Origin: Candidatus Margulisiibacteriota bacterium
Lineage (GTDB): Bacteria > Margulisbacteria > WOR-1 > O2-12-FULL-45-9
DNA length: 64,000 nt
NCBI GenBank assembly: GCA_034723395.1
Contig: JAYEOW010000007.1
Location: 1-64,000 of the forward strand
Direction of reading: 5' to 3'
Shown here: in pieces, positions 31,124 through 41,102 of the stretch
How positions within the stretch are numbered: the stretch's first letter is position 1
Layout of the letters: each line of letters opens with the position of its first letter
Program-made: the position numbers and the translations under genes
The notes under the pieces: model-generated
Seen by the model: the letters and a program-made list of their open reading frames with translations, nothing else
Told to the model about the DNA's origin: nothing
The model's database searches: none

Positions 31124-32377
31124 ATGAATAGATCCATTGTAACGATCATGATCTCTGTTTTTTTATTCCTTGCTCAGCCTGGCTTTGCATTGACACTCAA
31201 TGCCTGTATTGAGTCCGCTTTAGCCAAGAACGAAACTATCCTTTATCACCAGCAGCAGGTCAAAGAAGCAGAGTTTAAAGCCACAGAAAAAAATGCCGCG
31301 CTCCTGCCTAGCTTCAGCCTGTCCGCCGGGTATACCCGTTTGCCCTATGTCTCACCGTCAAAAGCATCCATGCTGGGCAGCAGCCTGGATGATTATTCCG
31401 CCTCTTTTACCCTGTCGCAGCCGCTTTACGCGGGCGGTAGTTTATTCGCTGACAAGGCAAAGGTTGAGGTCGAGCTGGCCCAGGCCAGGGACTCGTTTAA
31501 GAATGCTAAAAACAAATTATACTTTGACGTGGTTTCCGCTTATTACACGGCCAGGCAGGGTCAGGAAGTGCTGACGGCTAAAGAGGCCTTTTTGAAAAAT
31601 CTTCAGGCTTTTTATTTAAGATCAAAGAATCTGTATGACAGGACCAAATCGCCGCGGCTGGAAGCCCTGCTGCAGATCGAAGTGCAGGTGGGCAATGCGG
31701 CGCAAGATGTTGAAATTGCTAAAAACAATTATCAAAAAGCCATAAGAGCTTTACTCGAACTTATTTATCAGGACAATGAAAAGGTAGAATTATCAGACTC
31801 CCTGCCGCTGGTTATTTCTGATATCGGGCCAATGGATATCCAAAACAACTATGAGTATTGCCAGGGATCATTCGATCTTAAAGCAGCTGAGCATGATGAG
31901 GTGATCTATCGCAGCGCGCTTTTGCCGGAACTTAATCTTAGCGCTTATTATGGGTGGGAGTGGGCGACTTGGCCGCCGGCTGATGGTTATTCACAATGGG
32001 CTGTTTCGCTTGAATTGCTGCTTTTTGATTTTATGGGTACCGCGGCAAAAGCAGACCAGGCAAAAAGTATTTACCAGCAGAAGCTCACCAGCTTGAATAT
32101 TTTAAAAAGGAGTTTAAAAAAACTCTATACCAATACAGCGGATGACCTGAGGTCTGCTGGAGCGCGGCTCAAGCTCTCAAAAGCGAATTTAACTAAAGCA
32201 GAAGAAAGCCTCAAGCTTTACCAGCAACGATACGCCAGCTACACGGTCAACAGCCGGGAACTGCTGGACGCGGAGCAGGCCGCTCTGCAGGCCAAAATGA
32301 ATTGTCTTAGCGCCTTGCTGGATTATAATCTGGCCAGGATCGAGCTGCACCGTCTGCGCGGAGAAGCCAGGTTATGA
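31124..32377 (+). CDS. TolC-family outer membrane efflux protein
   Basis: Signal peptide, ALLP.FSL.A, QPLYAGG, ELLDAE; adjacent RND gene. Confidence 0.88.
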   Translation: MNRSIVTIMISVFLFLAQPGFALTLNACIESALAKNETILYHQQQVKEAEFKATEKNAALLPSFSLSAGYTRLPYVSPSKASMLGSSLDDYSASFTLSQPLYAGGSLFADKAKVEVELAQARDSFKNAKNKLYFDVVSAYYTARQGQEVLTAKEAFLKNLQAFYLRSKNLYDRTKSPRLEALLQIEVQVGNAAQDVEIAKNNYQKAIRALLELIYQDNEKVELSDSLPLVISDIGPMDIQNNYEYCQGSFDLKAAEHDEVIYRSALLPELNLSAYYGWEWATWPPADGYSQWAVSLELLLFDFMGTAAKADQAKSIYQQKLTSLNILKRSLKKLYTNTADDLRSAGARLKLSKANLTKAEESLKLYQQRYASYTVNSRELLDAEQAALQAKMNCLSALLDYNLARIELHRLRGEARL

Positions 32378-35300
32378 ATTTAAGCCATTTGTCGATCAGA
32401 AGGACCGTTGGGACCCTGGTAATTACGGTCTTGCTCTGTGGCCTGGGAGTTTATTCTCTGCGCAGTCAATCGGTTGACATGCTGCCGCGGATGACCTATC
32501 CGTTGGTCATGATCCGGGTCTCATATCCCGGGGCCTCGCCCGGGGAAGTTGAAAGCAATATCACCAAAAAGATCGAGGCGGCCGTGGCTTCGACCGAGGA
32601 CGCGCTCAAATTGACCTCGACCGTGACCGAGGGGCTTTCCCGGACCTATCTTTATTTTGATTACAGCAAAGACATTGATGTCGCGCTCAACGACGTGCGC
32701 GCCCGGCTGGACCGGGTCAAGAATTTACCGGATGATGCGGAAGATCCCGAGGTTAGAAAAGCTGATCCTTCCCAGGCGCCGATCATTGATCTGGCCTTGT
32801 CTTCGGACAGTCGTGATGAAGTTGAGCTGCGCACCTGGGCTGAGAATGAATTTTCAGAATTGTTCATGGGCATCCAGGGGCTGGCGTCAAATTTTGTTAG
32901 CGGCGGCAGGATCAGGGAGATCCATGTTGTTTTTAACCCGAACAGGCTGGCTGACTACGAGCTTTCAACCGGGCAGGTCCTGGCTGCTCTGGCGCAAGAA
33001 AATATCGAATCGCCTGGCGGTTATATTACTTCAAAGGGCCAGGAGTTTAGCGTTAGGCTGCTGACCAAGTTCCAGGACATGGGAGATATCAGGAATGTTA
33101 TCATTGCCAACCGGGAAGGGGAATTGGTCCGCCTTAAATACGTGGCCCAGGTGGTTGATACTTTTCAGGACCAGCGGGTGATCGTGCGTTTGGACGGCAA
33201 ACCCTCTATCCTGGTCAGGTTCCTGAAACAACCTAATGCTAATACGGTCGCTGTGTGCGATGAGATCAAAGACAAAATAGCGCAGTTGCGCAAAAGAGGT
33301 TTGATACCGGAGGATATTAAGACCGCGGTCGTCAGCGACCAGTCCTATTACATTGATAACTCGATCAAGAGTGTTAGCGAAGCCCTGATCTTTGGCGGCC
33401 TGCTGGCGACTCTTGCGGTCTTTTTATTCCTGGGAAGTTTTATCCGCACTTTGATCGTAGCCATTGCCGTGCCCGTTTCTTTGCTGGTCACTTTCTTTTT
33501 TATGGGGATCTTTGGCATTACCATTAACATGATCAGCTTGGGCGGACTGGTGTTGGGAGTTGGTATGCTGATCGACAACTCGATCATCATGCTGGAGAAT
33601 ATTGCCCGGCGCCAGAAAATTGACAACAACCGCGTCAAGGCGGCTGAAGAGGGCAGCTCGGAAGTTGGTTCGGCGATCGTTGCTTCCACCTTGACCAACC
33701 TGGCGGCTGTTTTGCCTTTTCTCCTGGTCACGGGTGTGGTTATCCTGCTTTTCCGGGACCTGATCGTAACCATTTCAATCTCTATTATTGCTTCAATGCT
33801 CACGGCCTTAACTGTTGTACCCGCCTTATCAGCCCGTTTGACAAAATATTCACGAGGCAAAGAGGGTTTGACTGAAAAACTTGCGTCAGGCTACAGCAGG
33901 GTGCTGGCAGTCGCGCTCAAGTTTCGCTGGCTGGTGATCGGCCTGGTCCTGGTTTCCATGACCGCGTGTTTCTTTTGCTGGAAAAGTATTGGCGCGGAAT
34001 TTTTGCCGGCTATTGATGACGGCCGGGTGACCATGGTAATTACCCTGCCAGTTGGCACAGCGCTTTCAAAAACTGATGGTCTGTCGCGCAAATTTGAAAA
34101 AATTGTGCGCCAGAAATTTCCTGACGTGGACACTCTTTATTCTTCCGTGGGCGGATTTTGGCAGGGAGGCGGGGTGAACGAATTTTCCAATCGCGCCAGT
34201 ATTTATATTCAGCTCAAGCCGCGGGGTGACAGAAAAATAAGCACCCCGCAGTTCATAAAGTCCCTTCGACAATTGATCAAAAAACAAAAGATCCCCGGGG
34301 CTAATTTTAAACTTACTCGTTCGAGGATCCGTGGCCTGCGCTTGGGCGCGGCGGAAGAAGATATTGAGATAAAGCTCTTTGGCCCGGACATAGTTCAGCT
34401 GGAGCAGTATGCTCAGCAGGTTATGTCTATTATTAAACCGGTTGCTGGTGTAACTAATCTTGATACCTCGCTTGATATTTCCAGTCCGGAACTGCATTTA
34501 ATTATCAATCGTTCGAAGATGAGTGATTTTGGTTTAAGCGCCCGGTCGGTGGCTGATACGGTCAGGACCGTGATCACTGGTTATTCTTCGACCAGGTACA
34601 CGGACCCTCATTTGGGCGAGGATTTTGATATCAGGGTGGTTTATGACCGTCGCAGGTTGAAGAGCGCCCGGGACATTAGAAACATATTTTTGTACCCCCC
34701 AAGCGGCGTGGCAGTTCGTTTAGGCGAGATCGGTGCGGTTAAAAGCTCTTTTGGTCCGGTCTCGATCGAGCGAGAGGACCAGGTCAAGGTTGTTCGCGTT
34801 TTAGCTGATGTGGCGCCGGGTTTTTCCGTGGGCCCGGTCACGCAGTCCGCGCAAAAGGCGCTAACTGATCTTAAGCTGCCCGAGCCTTACCGGATCGAGT
34901 ATGGCGGGGAGGCGGAGAGTATCGCGGAAAGTAATCAGGCGCTGATGGCCGCGGCCCTGCTGGCTGTTTTTCTGGTCTTTGGCATTATGGCAGTACAGTT
35001 TGAATCGCTCAGGGATCCTCTGGTAATTATGTTTACGGTGCCTTTTGCGGTGATGGGCGCTATTTTTGCTTTGAGTGTTACAGGTATACCATTTAGCGCG
35101 GTGGTTTTTCTTGGGATAATTCTTTTGATCGGCATCGCGGTCAATGATGGTATTGTCATGGTCAATTATTTTGGTATTTTGAGGCGAGAGGGGGGCAAAG
35201 GGGTTTATGGATCCGTACTTGAGGGCGCTCCCACCAGGCTGCGGCCGGTGCTAATGACCAGTATTACCACCATCTTCGGCCTGATACCGATCAGTTTGGG

Positions 35301-35433
35301 GTTGGGGGAAGGGTCTGAAGTCTTAGCGCCTCTGGGTGTGGCGGTTATCGGCGGCATGGTCCTGGCTACTGTGCTGACCTTGTTTGTTATTCCTTCGATG
35401 TATTTGATCTTTAATCCGGAGAGAAAGAAATAA
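32374..35433 (+). CDS. RND efflux permease (AcrB/CzcA family)
   Basis: YPGASP..VE, GMLIDNSII, RLRPVLMT, PLGVAVIGG. Confidence 0.96.
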   Translation: MNLSHLSIRRTVGTLVITVLLCGLGVYSLRSQSVDMLPRMTYPLVMIRVSYPGASPGEVESNITKKIEAAVASTEDALKLTSTVTEGLSRTYLYFDYSKDIDVALNDVRARLDRVKNLPDDAEDPEVRKADPSQAPIIDLALSSDSRDEVELRTWAENEFSELFMGIQGLASNFVSGGRIREIHVVFNPNRLADYELSTGQVLAALAQENIESPGGYITSKGQEFSVRLLTKFQDMGDIRNVIIANREGELVRLKYVAQVVDTFQDQRVIVRLDGKPSILVRFLKQPNANTVAVCDEIKDKIAQLRKRGLIPEDIKTAVVSDQSYYIDNSIKSVSEALIFGGLLATLAVFLFLGSFIRTLIVAIAVPVSLLVTFFFMGIFGITINMISLGGLVLGVGMLIDNSIIMLENIARRQKIDNNRVKAAEEGSSEVGSAIVASTLTNLAAVLPFLLVTGVVILLFRDLIVTISISIIASMLTALTVVPALSARLTKYSRGKEGLTEKLASGYSRVLAVALKFRWLVIGLVLVSMTACFFCWKSIGAEFLPAIDDGRVTMVITLPVGTALSKTDGLSRKFEKIVRQKFPDVDTLYSSVGGFWQGGGVNEFSNRASIYIQLKPRGDRKISTPQFIKSLRQLIKKQKIPGANFKLTRSRIRGLRLGAAEEDIEIKLFGPDIVQLEQYAQQVMSIIKPVAGVTNLDTSLDISSPELHLIINRSKMSDFGLSARSVADTVRTVITGYSSTRYTDPHLGEDFDIRVVYDRRRLKSARDIRNIFLYPPSGVAVRLGEIGAVKSSFGPVSIEREDQVKVVRVLADVAPGFSVGPVTQSAQKALTDLKLPEPYRIEYGGEAESIAESNQALMAAALLAVFLVFGIMAVQFESLRDPLVIMFTVPFAVMGAIFALSVTGIPFSAVVFLGIILLIGIAVNDGIVMVNYFGILRREGGKGVYGSVLEGAPTRLRPVLMTSITTIFGLIPISLGLGEGSEVLAPLGVAVIGGMVLATVLTLFVIPSMYLIFNPERKK

Positions 35434-35542
35434 GCTTTGCTGGCCCCGCCTCCTATTACTAAGCCGTTTTTTTTCATTATTTTGAATTTTAAAAACCCCT
35501 CTACACCGGATTATGATGGTGTTATAATAATCACGAATTAAG

Positions 35543-36013
35543 GTGACAGAAGAGATAAGATTAAAACCCATTGGGGTCATTCATACTCCGTATAAAGAAA
35601 CCAAAGATATGCCTATCCAGGGAACTTTTGGGAAAGGAACTCTTGGAAGGGTAGAGCTATTTCCGGAATACAAGGAAGGGCTTTTGGATATCCAGGGCTT
35701 TTCGCATCTGATCCTGATCTATTATTTTAACCGGGCAAAAGAAGAAAAACTGATTGGTAAACCTTTTCTCGAAGATGAAACGCACGGGATCTTTGCTATC
35801 CGCGGCCCGATGCGGCCGAATCATATTGGATTTTCCGTCGTTAAACTGGAAAAAGTTGAAGGTGATGTTGTGACTTTTTCAGAAGTTGACATGCTGAATG
35901 GAACGCTGCTTTTAGATATCAAACCCTACGTTTCGCATTTTGATTCCAGAGAAAATGTGAGAAACGGATGGCTGGAGAAGCATTTTAAGGATGAGCGAAC
36001 CATGCCTCGCTAA
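35543..36013 (+). CDS. tsaA: TsaA/TrmO tRNA methyltransferase family (UPF0066)
   Basis: PIGVIHTPY, GIFA.R.P.RPN.IG.S, LLDIKPY. Confidence 0.9.
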   Translation: MTEEIRLKPIGVIHTPYKETKDMPIQGTFGKGTLGRVELFPEYKEGLLDIQGFSHLILIYYFNRAKEEKLIGKPFLEDETHGIFAIRGPMRPNHIGFSVVKLEKVEGDVVTFSEVDMLNGTLLLDIKPYVSHFDSRENVRNGWLEKHFKDERTMPR

Positions 36014-36068
36014 TTTTTTATACCTGCCTCCTGCTTTGCCTGCCGGCAGGCAGGCCACGGATATGGAC

Positions 36069-36136
36069 TGACTAAAAACATTAGTCATATGACTAAAAAC
36101 ATTAGTCATTGACAAAAACGCTCTTGGCGCTATAAT
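36069..36136 (+). promoter_or_regulatory. Tandem palindromic operators next to a sigma70 promoter
   Basis: TGACTAAAAACATTAGTCAT x2 (36069-36088, 36090-36109), then TTGACA-N16-TATAAT. Confidence 0.75.
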
Positions 36137-36145
36137 TAGCATGGT

Positions 36146-36475
36146 ATGTTAAAGCCTATTTTGGATAATTTAATAAAGGAGAGGATACTGCTTGCGATTC
36201 TTATTCGTAAAGAGGTGTATGCTCGAGACATCGCTTCAATTTTTAATGCCTATTTACTATCTGTTCAGAATCAGTTAAAGAAATTGGAGAAGGGGGGGGT
36301 GGTTGTTAGCCAGAAGAAGGGAAAGACAAGATTGTATAGTTTTAATCCAAGATATCCATTTTTAAAGGAGCTAAAGAATTTACTTTCGCGTTCTCTTCAG
36401 TTTATGCCCAAGGCCGAAAAAGAAAAGTATTACACTCCCAGATTGCGTCCCCGCCGTGCCGGCAAGCCTCTGTGA
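36146..36475 (+). CDS. Winged-helix DNA-binding protein (putative antitoxin/regulator)
   Basis: ARDIA...SVQNQLKKLE.GGVV...GKTRLY. Confidence 0.8.
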   Translation: MLKPILDNLIKERILLAILIRKEVYARDIASIFNAYLLSVQNQLKKLEKGGVVVSQKKGKTRLYSFNPRYPFLKELKNLLSRSLQFMPKAEKEKYYTPRLRPRRAGKPL

Positions 36476-37020
36476 AGAACTCTCTAAAAGAAATAACCCT
36501 AAAAAACTTAGCTGCTTTTGTTAGTAAACAATTAAAAAAACATAAAATAGATGTCGTTTTAACCGGTGGCGCTTGCGTTAGCATATTTTCTAATAATAAA
36601 TATCAATCTCTGGACCTCGATTTTGTTTCTGCTGCAGTTGAATATAAGCCAAAGGCGATAATAAAGGCCATGCGGGAGATCGGTTTTGAAAGAGCGGCCG
36701 AAGGATTCTTCGCTCATTCTAATTGTCCTTACATAATTGAGTTTATCCAGCCGCCGCTTTCAATTGGCAGGGAGCCGGTTAAAAAGATAAAAAACATGAA
36801 AACAAAATATGGGACGATAAAATTATTAAACCCTACCGATTGTGTTAAAGATCGATTGGCGGCATATTATTTTTGGGACGATTTGCAGTCGCTCGAGCAG
36901 GCTAAGATGGTTACGCAAAAGCAGAAGGTGGATTTAAAAGAAGTGAAGCGATGGTCAAGGGTAGAAGGGGAGTTGAAAAAATATAGCCAATTTATTAAAC
37001 AGCTTGAAAAAGAGATATGA
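36472..37020 (+). CDS. Nucleotidyltransferase-fold protein (putative toxin)
   Basis: LTGGACVSI...SLDLDFV; coupled to the wHTH gene. Confidence 0.65.
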   Translation: MKNSLKEITLKNLAAFVSKQLKKHKIDVVLTGGACVSIFSNNKYQSLDLDFVSAAVEYKPKAIIKAMREIGFERAAEGFFAHSNCPYIIEFIQPPLSIGREPVKKIKNMKTKYGTIKLLNPTDCVKDRLAAYYFWDDLQSLEQAKMVTQKQKVDLKEVKRWSRVEGELKKYSQFIKQLEKEI

Positions 37021-37109
37021 AAAAGTACTTCATTAAAACTTACGGTCCCTCGACAGGCTCGGGACCATATTAAAGAATGGGAAAATATTATATAAAAACA
37101 TATGGATGC
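37017..37109 (+). pseudogene. Two truncated miaB 5' ends (MKKYFIKTYG.., MGKYYIKTYGC..)
   Basis: Match the intact miaB start MLRYFIKTYGCQM; 17-bp identity between 37029-37045 and 41839-41855. Confidence 0.75.
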
Positions 37110-37304
37110 CCTCTGGTTGGAAGTATACCATCGATTAAAAACGGCGCTTATTTCTCTTTATAATTTTTAGCGACGCCGTTTTTTTCATTATTTTGAAAAA
37201 TGCAATTTGAATTTTTAAAAACCCCGCCCCGGACTAGAATTATTATCTTTATAATCTTATACATAGTGCTATAATATTAACTAAAGAGAAATTATTTTAT
37301 CTTT

Positions 37305-38330
37305 ATGAAAAAACAAAAAAAACCACTAAAATTTATTGATTTGTTTGCTGGCATTGGAGGTATCAGAATCCCGTTTGAAGAAATGGGATGTAAGTGTGTA
37401 TTCAGTTCTGATTGGGATAAGGCTTCGCAAAAGATGTACGAGGCTAATTTTGGTGAAAAGCCATTTGGAGATATTACGAAAATTAGTGAGAATGATATTC
37501 CAGACCATGATATTTTGCTTGGCGGTTTTCCATGTCAGGCTTTTAGTATCATTGGAAAAGGAGAAGGCTTCGCTGATACGCGTGGCACCTTATTTTTTGA
37601 GATAGAGCGCATACTTAAAACAAAGAAACCGAAGGCTTTTCTGTTAGAAAATGTTAAACAGCTTGTTGGACATGATAAGGGGAAAACATTGAGGACTATC
37701 CTGGAGCATCTAAAAGCTTTAGGCTATTTTGTGCATTGGAAAGTTCTGAACGCCTTAGACTTTGGTTTGCCTCAAAAAAGAGAAAGAATTATTATTGTCG
37801 GGTTTTTGAAGAATTATGACTTTAATTTCCCTGCTAGAGCTACTTGCCGGGTGGACCTTTCTAATATTTTAGAGAAAAAAGTTGATAAGAAATATTATGC
37901 ATCAGAAAAAATAAGAAAAAAGAGAAAAGCTAAACATCAATCGAAACACAATCTTTCCATTTGGCATGAAAATAAGGGCGGGAATGTCAGCTCATATCCG
38001 TTTTCTTGTGCTTTAAGAGCAGGGGCTTCCTATAATTATTTATTAGTGAATGGGGAAAGGAGACTGACTCCGCGAGAATGTCTCCGGTTGATGGGGTTCC
38101 CGGATTCATTTAAAATTGTGTGTAATTACTCAGATATGCGTAAGGTGACCGGAAATAGCGTTTGCGTTCCTGTTATTAGAGCTGTGGCTAAAGAGATGCT
38201 CAAGTGTTTACGTGAAGATAAAGTGAATGCTAAACAAAATCCCAATTGGTTGCTTAGCGAACAACTAGATTTTTTCCCTAGAAGTAAACAATCAGCGCGT
38301 AATGCAAAAGTTTTTCAATCGGTTGGTTAA
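37305..38330 (+). CDS. DNA (cytosine-5) methyltransferase
   Basis: DLFAGIGG, GFPCQ, ENV, PQKRER, GNSV. Confidence 0.97.
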   Translation: MKKQKKPLKFIDLFAGIGGIRIPFEEMGCKCVFSSDWDKASQKMYEANFGEKPFGDITKISENDIPDHDILLGGFPCQAFSIIGKGEGFADTRGTLFFEIERILKTKKPKAFLLENVKQLVGHDKGKTLRTILEHLKALGYFVHWKVLNALDFGLPQKRERIIIVGFLKNYDFNFPARATCRVDLSNILEKKVDKKYYASEKIRKKRKAKHQSKHNLSIWHENKGGNVSSYPFSCALRAGASYNYLLVNGERRLTPRECLRLMGFPDSFKIVCNYSDMRKVTGNSVCVPVIRAVAKEMLKCLREDKVNAKQNPNWLLSEQLDFFPRSKQSARNAKVFQSVG

Positions 38331-38333
38331 TTT

Positions 38334-39404
38334 ATGGCTAGTTTAAAAGAAGCCAAAAAACGTTTAGATCTGATTATTAAAAAAGCAAGAATTCATCTTT
38401 ATAAGCCTATACAAATAGCTGAAATATTATATCAACATCGTAAAAAACCATCATTTAATTTAAGTGATTTAGAGTCCTATAGACGGCAATCGAAGCAATG
38501 GCGTGACGAGGTGACACAGAAACTAGTTGGCAGAGTAAGCACATCCTCGGCCCGATTCCAAGACAATCTTTTTGAAGCGAATGCAATGCCTCCTCGTTTT
38601 TTTGCTGTTCTTGGCAAAGCAAATGAAGAAGCTTCAGGAGGGAAAGTTGAAGCGTACATTTACGAAAAGTTAACGAGACGTTTTGAAACTTTAAATAGCA
38701 TAGTCAGTTATGTTTTTCACGCTAAACCAAGCACTTTCAATTTGTCGGAACTTATAAAGAAATTTACATCTGAGCCTGGTTTGAAAAGAAGTATAGATAA
38801 ATGCTATGAGATAATCGCTTATGCATTGTTTAATGCTCTTATTGTTTTCCTTGAGGCAATGGCTACATTAGAAATCCCAACAAAAAACCGGAAATTACTT
38901 AGTGAATTCGAGGATTTTGCTAAAACTGTTTTGAATTTATCAGTTGATCAGCCTTCCATTAGCGTTCCTGCATGTGTTTACCGCACTGGCGTTACAAATG
39001 CTGCTGATAGGGGACTAGATATTTGGTCAAATTTTGGTCCAGCAATACAAATAAAACATGTGACTTTGGATGAAGAGTCAGCTACAGGCATTGCTTGCCA
39101 AGTTGCTGAGAATGCTAAAATAATTGTTGTTTGTAAAAAGACAGATCGCAAGACCATTCACAGTTTACTTAGTCAACTTGGCCTATCAAAAAAGATACAA
39201 GGAGTGGTCACTCAAAATGACTTGGAGGATTGGTATAATAAGTGTCTAAAAGGCAAATATGCCGACACAATAGGCCGTGAGGTTCTGCAGATATTAAAAG
39301 CTGAATTTATATTAGAGTTTCCTTCTACCGGCAACGCCCTAACGGCTCTTATAAAAGAGCGTAAATATGACAAGATAAAACTTCAGGTTCCTTGGCGTGT
39401 TTGA
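38334..39404 (+). CDS. Type II restriction endonuclease, HaeII-like family
   Basis: YKPIQIAEILY, STSSARFQD, NAADRGLD; lies between the C5 MTase and vsr. Confidence 0.75.
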   Translation: MASLKEAKKRLDLIIKKARIHLYKPIQIAEILYQHRKKPSFNLSDLESYRRQSKQWRDEVTQKLVGRVSTSSARFQDNLFEANAMPPRFFAVLGKANEEASGGKVEAYIYEKLTRRFETLNSIVSYVFHAKPSTFNLSELIKKFTSEPGLKRSIDKCYEIIAYALFNALIVFLEAMATLEIPTKNRKLLSEFEDFAKTVLNLSVDQPSISVPACVYRTGVTNAADRGLDIWSNFGPAIQIKHVTLDEESATGIACQVAENAKIIVVCKKTDRKTIHSLLSQLGLSKKIQGVVTQNDLEDWYNKCLKGKYADTIGREVLQILKAEFILEFPSTGNALTALIKERKYDKIKLQVPWRV

Positions 39405-39817
39405 TGGTGGACACATTCAGTAAGAAAAAACGATCTTCTATTATGCGAGCGGTCCGGTCCCGCGGGAATAAATCCACTGAACTTAAATTTAAGAAAGCTT
39501 TAAGAAAAGCAAGTATAAAAGGATGGCGAAGTCATCCTAAATTGAGTTGTGCTCCAGATTTTGCTTTTCAAAATGGGAAAATAGCTATATTTATTGATGG
39601 GTGTTTTTGGCATGGGTGTAAAAAGCATCTTAGACTTCCAAAGTCCAATGTCTCTTATTGGAAAGCTAAAATCAGTAGAAATATTAATAGGGATAAGATT
39701 GCTAGCAAAACTTTAAGGGGACAAGGATGGAAAGTGTTAAGAATATGGGAACATACGGTTAATAGTAATAAAGCTTTGCAGAAGTGGCTAGATAAAAATA
39801 GAACGATTTTACGATAA
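39404..39817 (+). CDS. vsr: Very short patch repair endonuclease
   Basis: RS.IM.AVRS, PDF, FIDGCFWHG, GWKVLRIWE. Confidence 0.93.
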   Translation: MVDTFSKKKRSSIMRAVRSRGNKSTELKFKKALRKASIKGWRSHPKLSCAPDFAFQNGKIAIFIDGCFWHGCKKHLRLPKSNVSYWKAKISRNINRDKIASKTLRGQGWKVLRIWEHTVNSNKALQKWLDKNRTILR

Positions 39818-39836
39818 TTTTATTTGCCCCTATTTT

Positions 39837-40514
39837 TTATCCCGCCTTATGGTTTTTTTGAATGTTTTTGATTGTTCTAGTAGATTCCCGATCAGCGCGC
39901 GCTATTAATTTATTTGCAAGACTTTCATTTTTTTTGTCCGCGCTTGCATAGATAAGAATAAAGTTATTAGGCAAAAAGAAATCGTCAAAAAGTGGAATTT
40001 GTTGAGTATTATAACTTTCAATTTTATCATAATTGCTATCAACAATAAGAGCAACTTTTGATCCTTTTTTGAATTCTGGGTATTTTAGTAGCAAGTCAAT
40101 CCATGCTTTCCAGCCAAAAATCTCTGCATTTTTCTTTGCGTTTTTGAATGTGCAACTTGCAAATGGTCTATATTCAGCGATATTTTCATTTATTATACAT
40201 TGAATAACACTTGTTACGGATATGTGTTCATTCCCAATGGTTTGAGTATTAGTATCAACTGCAAATATGTAATCAAAACTCAATAAATTTATTACCGCGT
40301 TAAAATCAATGATATTATTTGAAGAAATTTTAAAAAGGGTCTTGGGAGATTTTTTTCTTTTATGCTGGCTGCTCACGGTCATTTTTTTAAAGGGAATTTT
40401 CTCCCCATCGTGAAAAGCTTCGATGATTCCGGTTTTTTTGTTTACTCTTATTCCATTAATTATCGTTTTTGCTTCAAGATTAAATTCAATTTTTAATTGT
40501 CTTTCTTTTTTCAC
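39837..40514 (-). CDS. AT-rich hypothetical protein
   Basis: 225-aa ORF in the RM island; no recognised family. Confidence 0.55.
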   Translation of the reverse strand: MKKERQLKIEFNLEAKTIINGIRVNKKTGIIEAFHDGEKIPFKKMTVSSQHKRKKSPKTLFKISSNNIIDFNAVINLLSFDYIFAVDTNTQTIGNEHISVTSVIQCIINENIAEYRPFASCTFKNAKKNAEIFGWKAWIDLLLKYPEFKKGSKVALIVDSNYDKIESYNTQQIPLFDDFFLPNNFILIYASADKKNESLANKLIARADRESTRTIKNIQKNHKAG

Positions 40515-40742
40515 TTATATATGCTCACAATTCCTATTTTGTAAATTATATTTATAAATAGAAAATCCGCTCCCAGCTTTCCCATTTTAGCCCTTCGACT
40601 CGCTACGCTCGCTCAGGACATGCATTTTTTCGCCTATTCCTGCTTTGTCAGCTGAAAGCGGACTGCAGTTTTTTGCGTTGTCATACAAATGGTCGAAAAC
40701 CGCTGAGCGTATGGTAACTCTATTTAAGAAAGCTCATTGTTT

Positions 40743-40782
40743 TTACACTACAAATATGTTAAAATCTGGATTTGTAGTGTAA
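40743..40782 (+). promoter_or_regulatory. Inverted-repeat operator enclosing an extended -10
   Basis: TTACACTACAAAT ... ATTTGTAGTGTAA around TGnTAAAAT. Confidence 0.7.
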
Positions 40783-40796
40783 GATGGGAGGTTGAA

Positions 40797-41102
40797 ATGA
40801 AAGTTCTAAAGGGAATTTTAAAAGAGAGTAGGGAATACTATAAACAAACGGAAGCCGAAATAGTGAGAAGGCTATCTCATTTGCCAAAGGGGAGCATAAA
40901 GCGACGTAAGATAAACCAACGCGTCTATTATTATCTTCAGTACAGGAAAGGACCTAAGGTTGTCCATAAATACCTTGGTAAGAATAAACCTCTTGATCTA
41001 GCCAGGAGATTAAAAGAACGTTCCAGCTTGGAAAAGGAGCTTAAAAAAGTAAGGAGCTCATTAGAATTACTGAAAAGGACAAAGAGAAGAAAAAGGCAAT
41101 GA
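40797..41102 (+). CDS. Small basic DNA-binding-like protein (putative antitoxin)
   Basis: LPKGSI..RKI...YYYLQYR.G.KV..KYLG; GGAGG RBS before ATG 40797. Confidence 0.7.
   Translation: MKVLKGILKESREYYKQTEAEIVRRLSHLPKGSIKRRKINQRVYYYLQYRKGPKVVHKYLGKNKPLDLARRLKERSSLEKELKKVRSSLELLKRTKRRKRQ

Noticed and set aside
35205..35477. Minus-strand ORF starting MKKNGLVIGGGASK (patatin-like glycine motif)
   Set aside because: Overlaps the RND gene antisense after about 15 codons, and the related copy near 37180 is in another frame; at most a relic
36069..36109. Mini-CRISPR
   Set aside because: Only two 20-nt copies separated by 1 nt, with no spacers or cas genes
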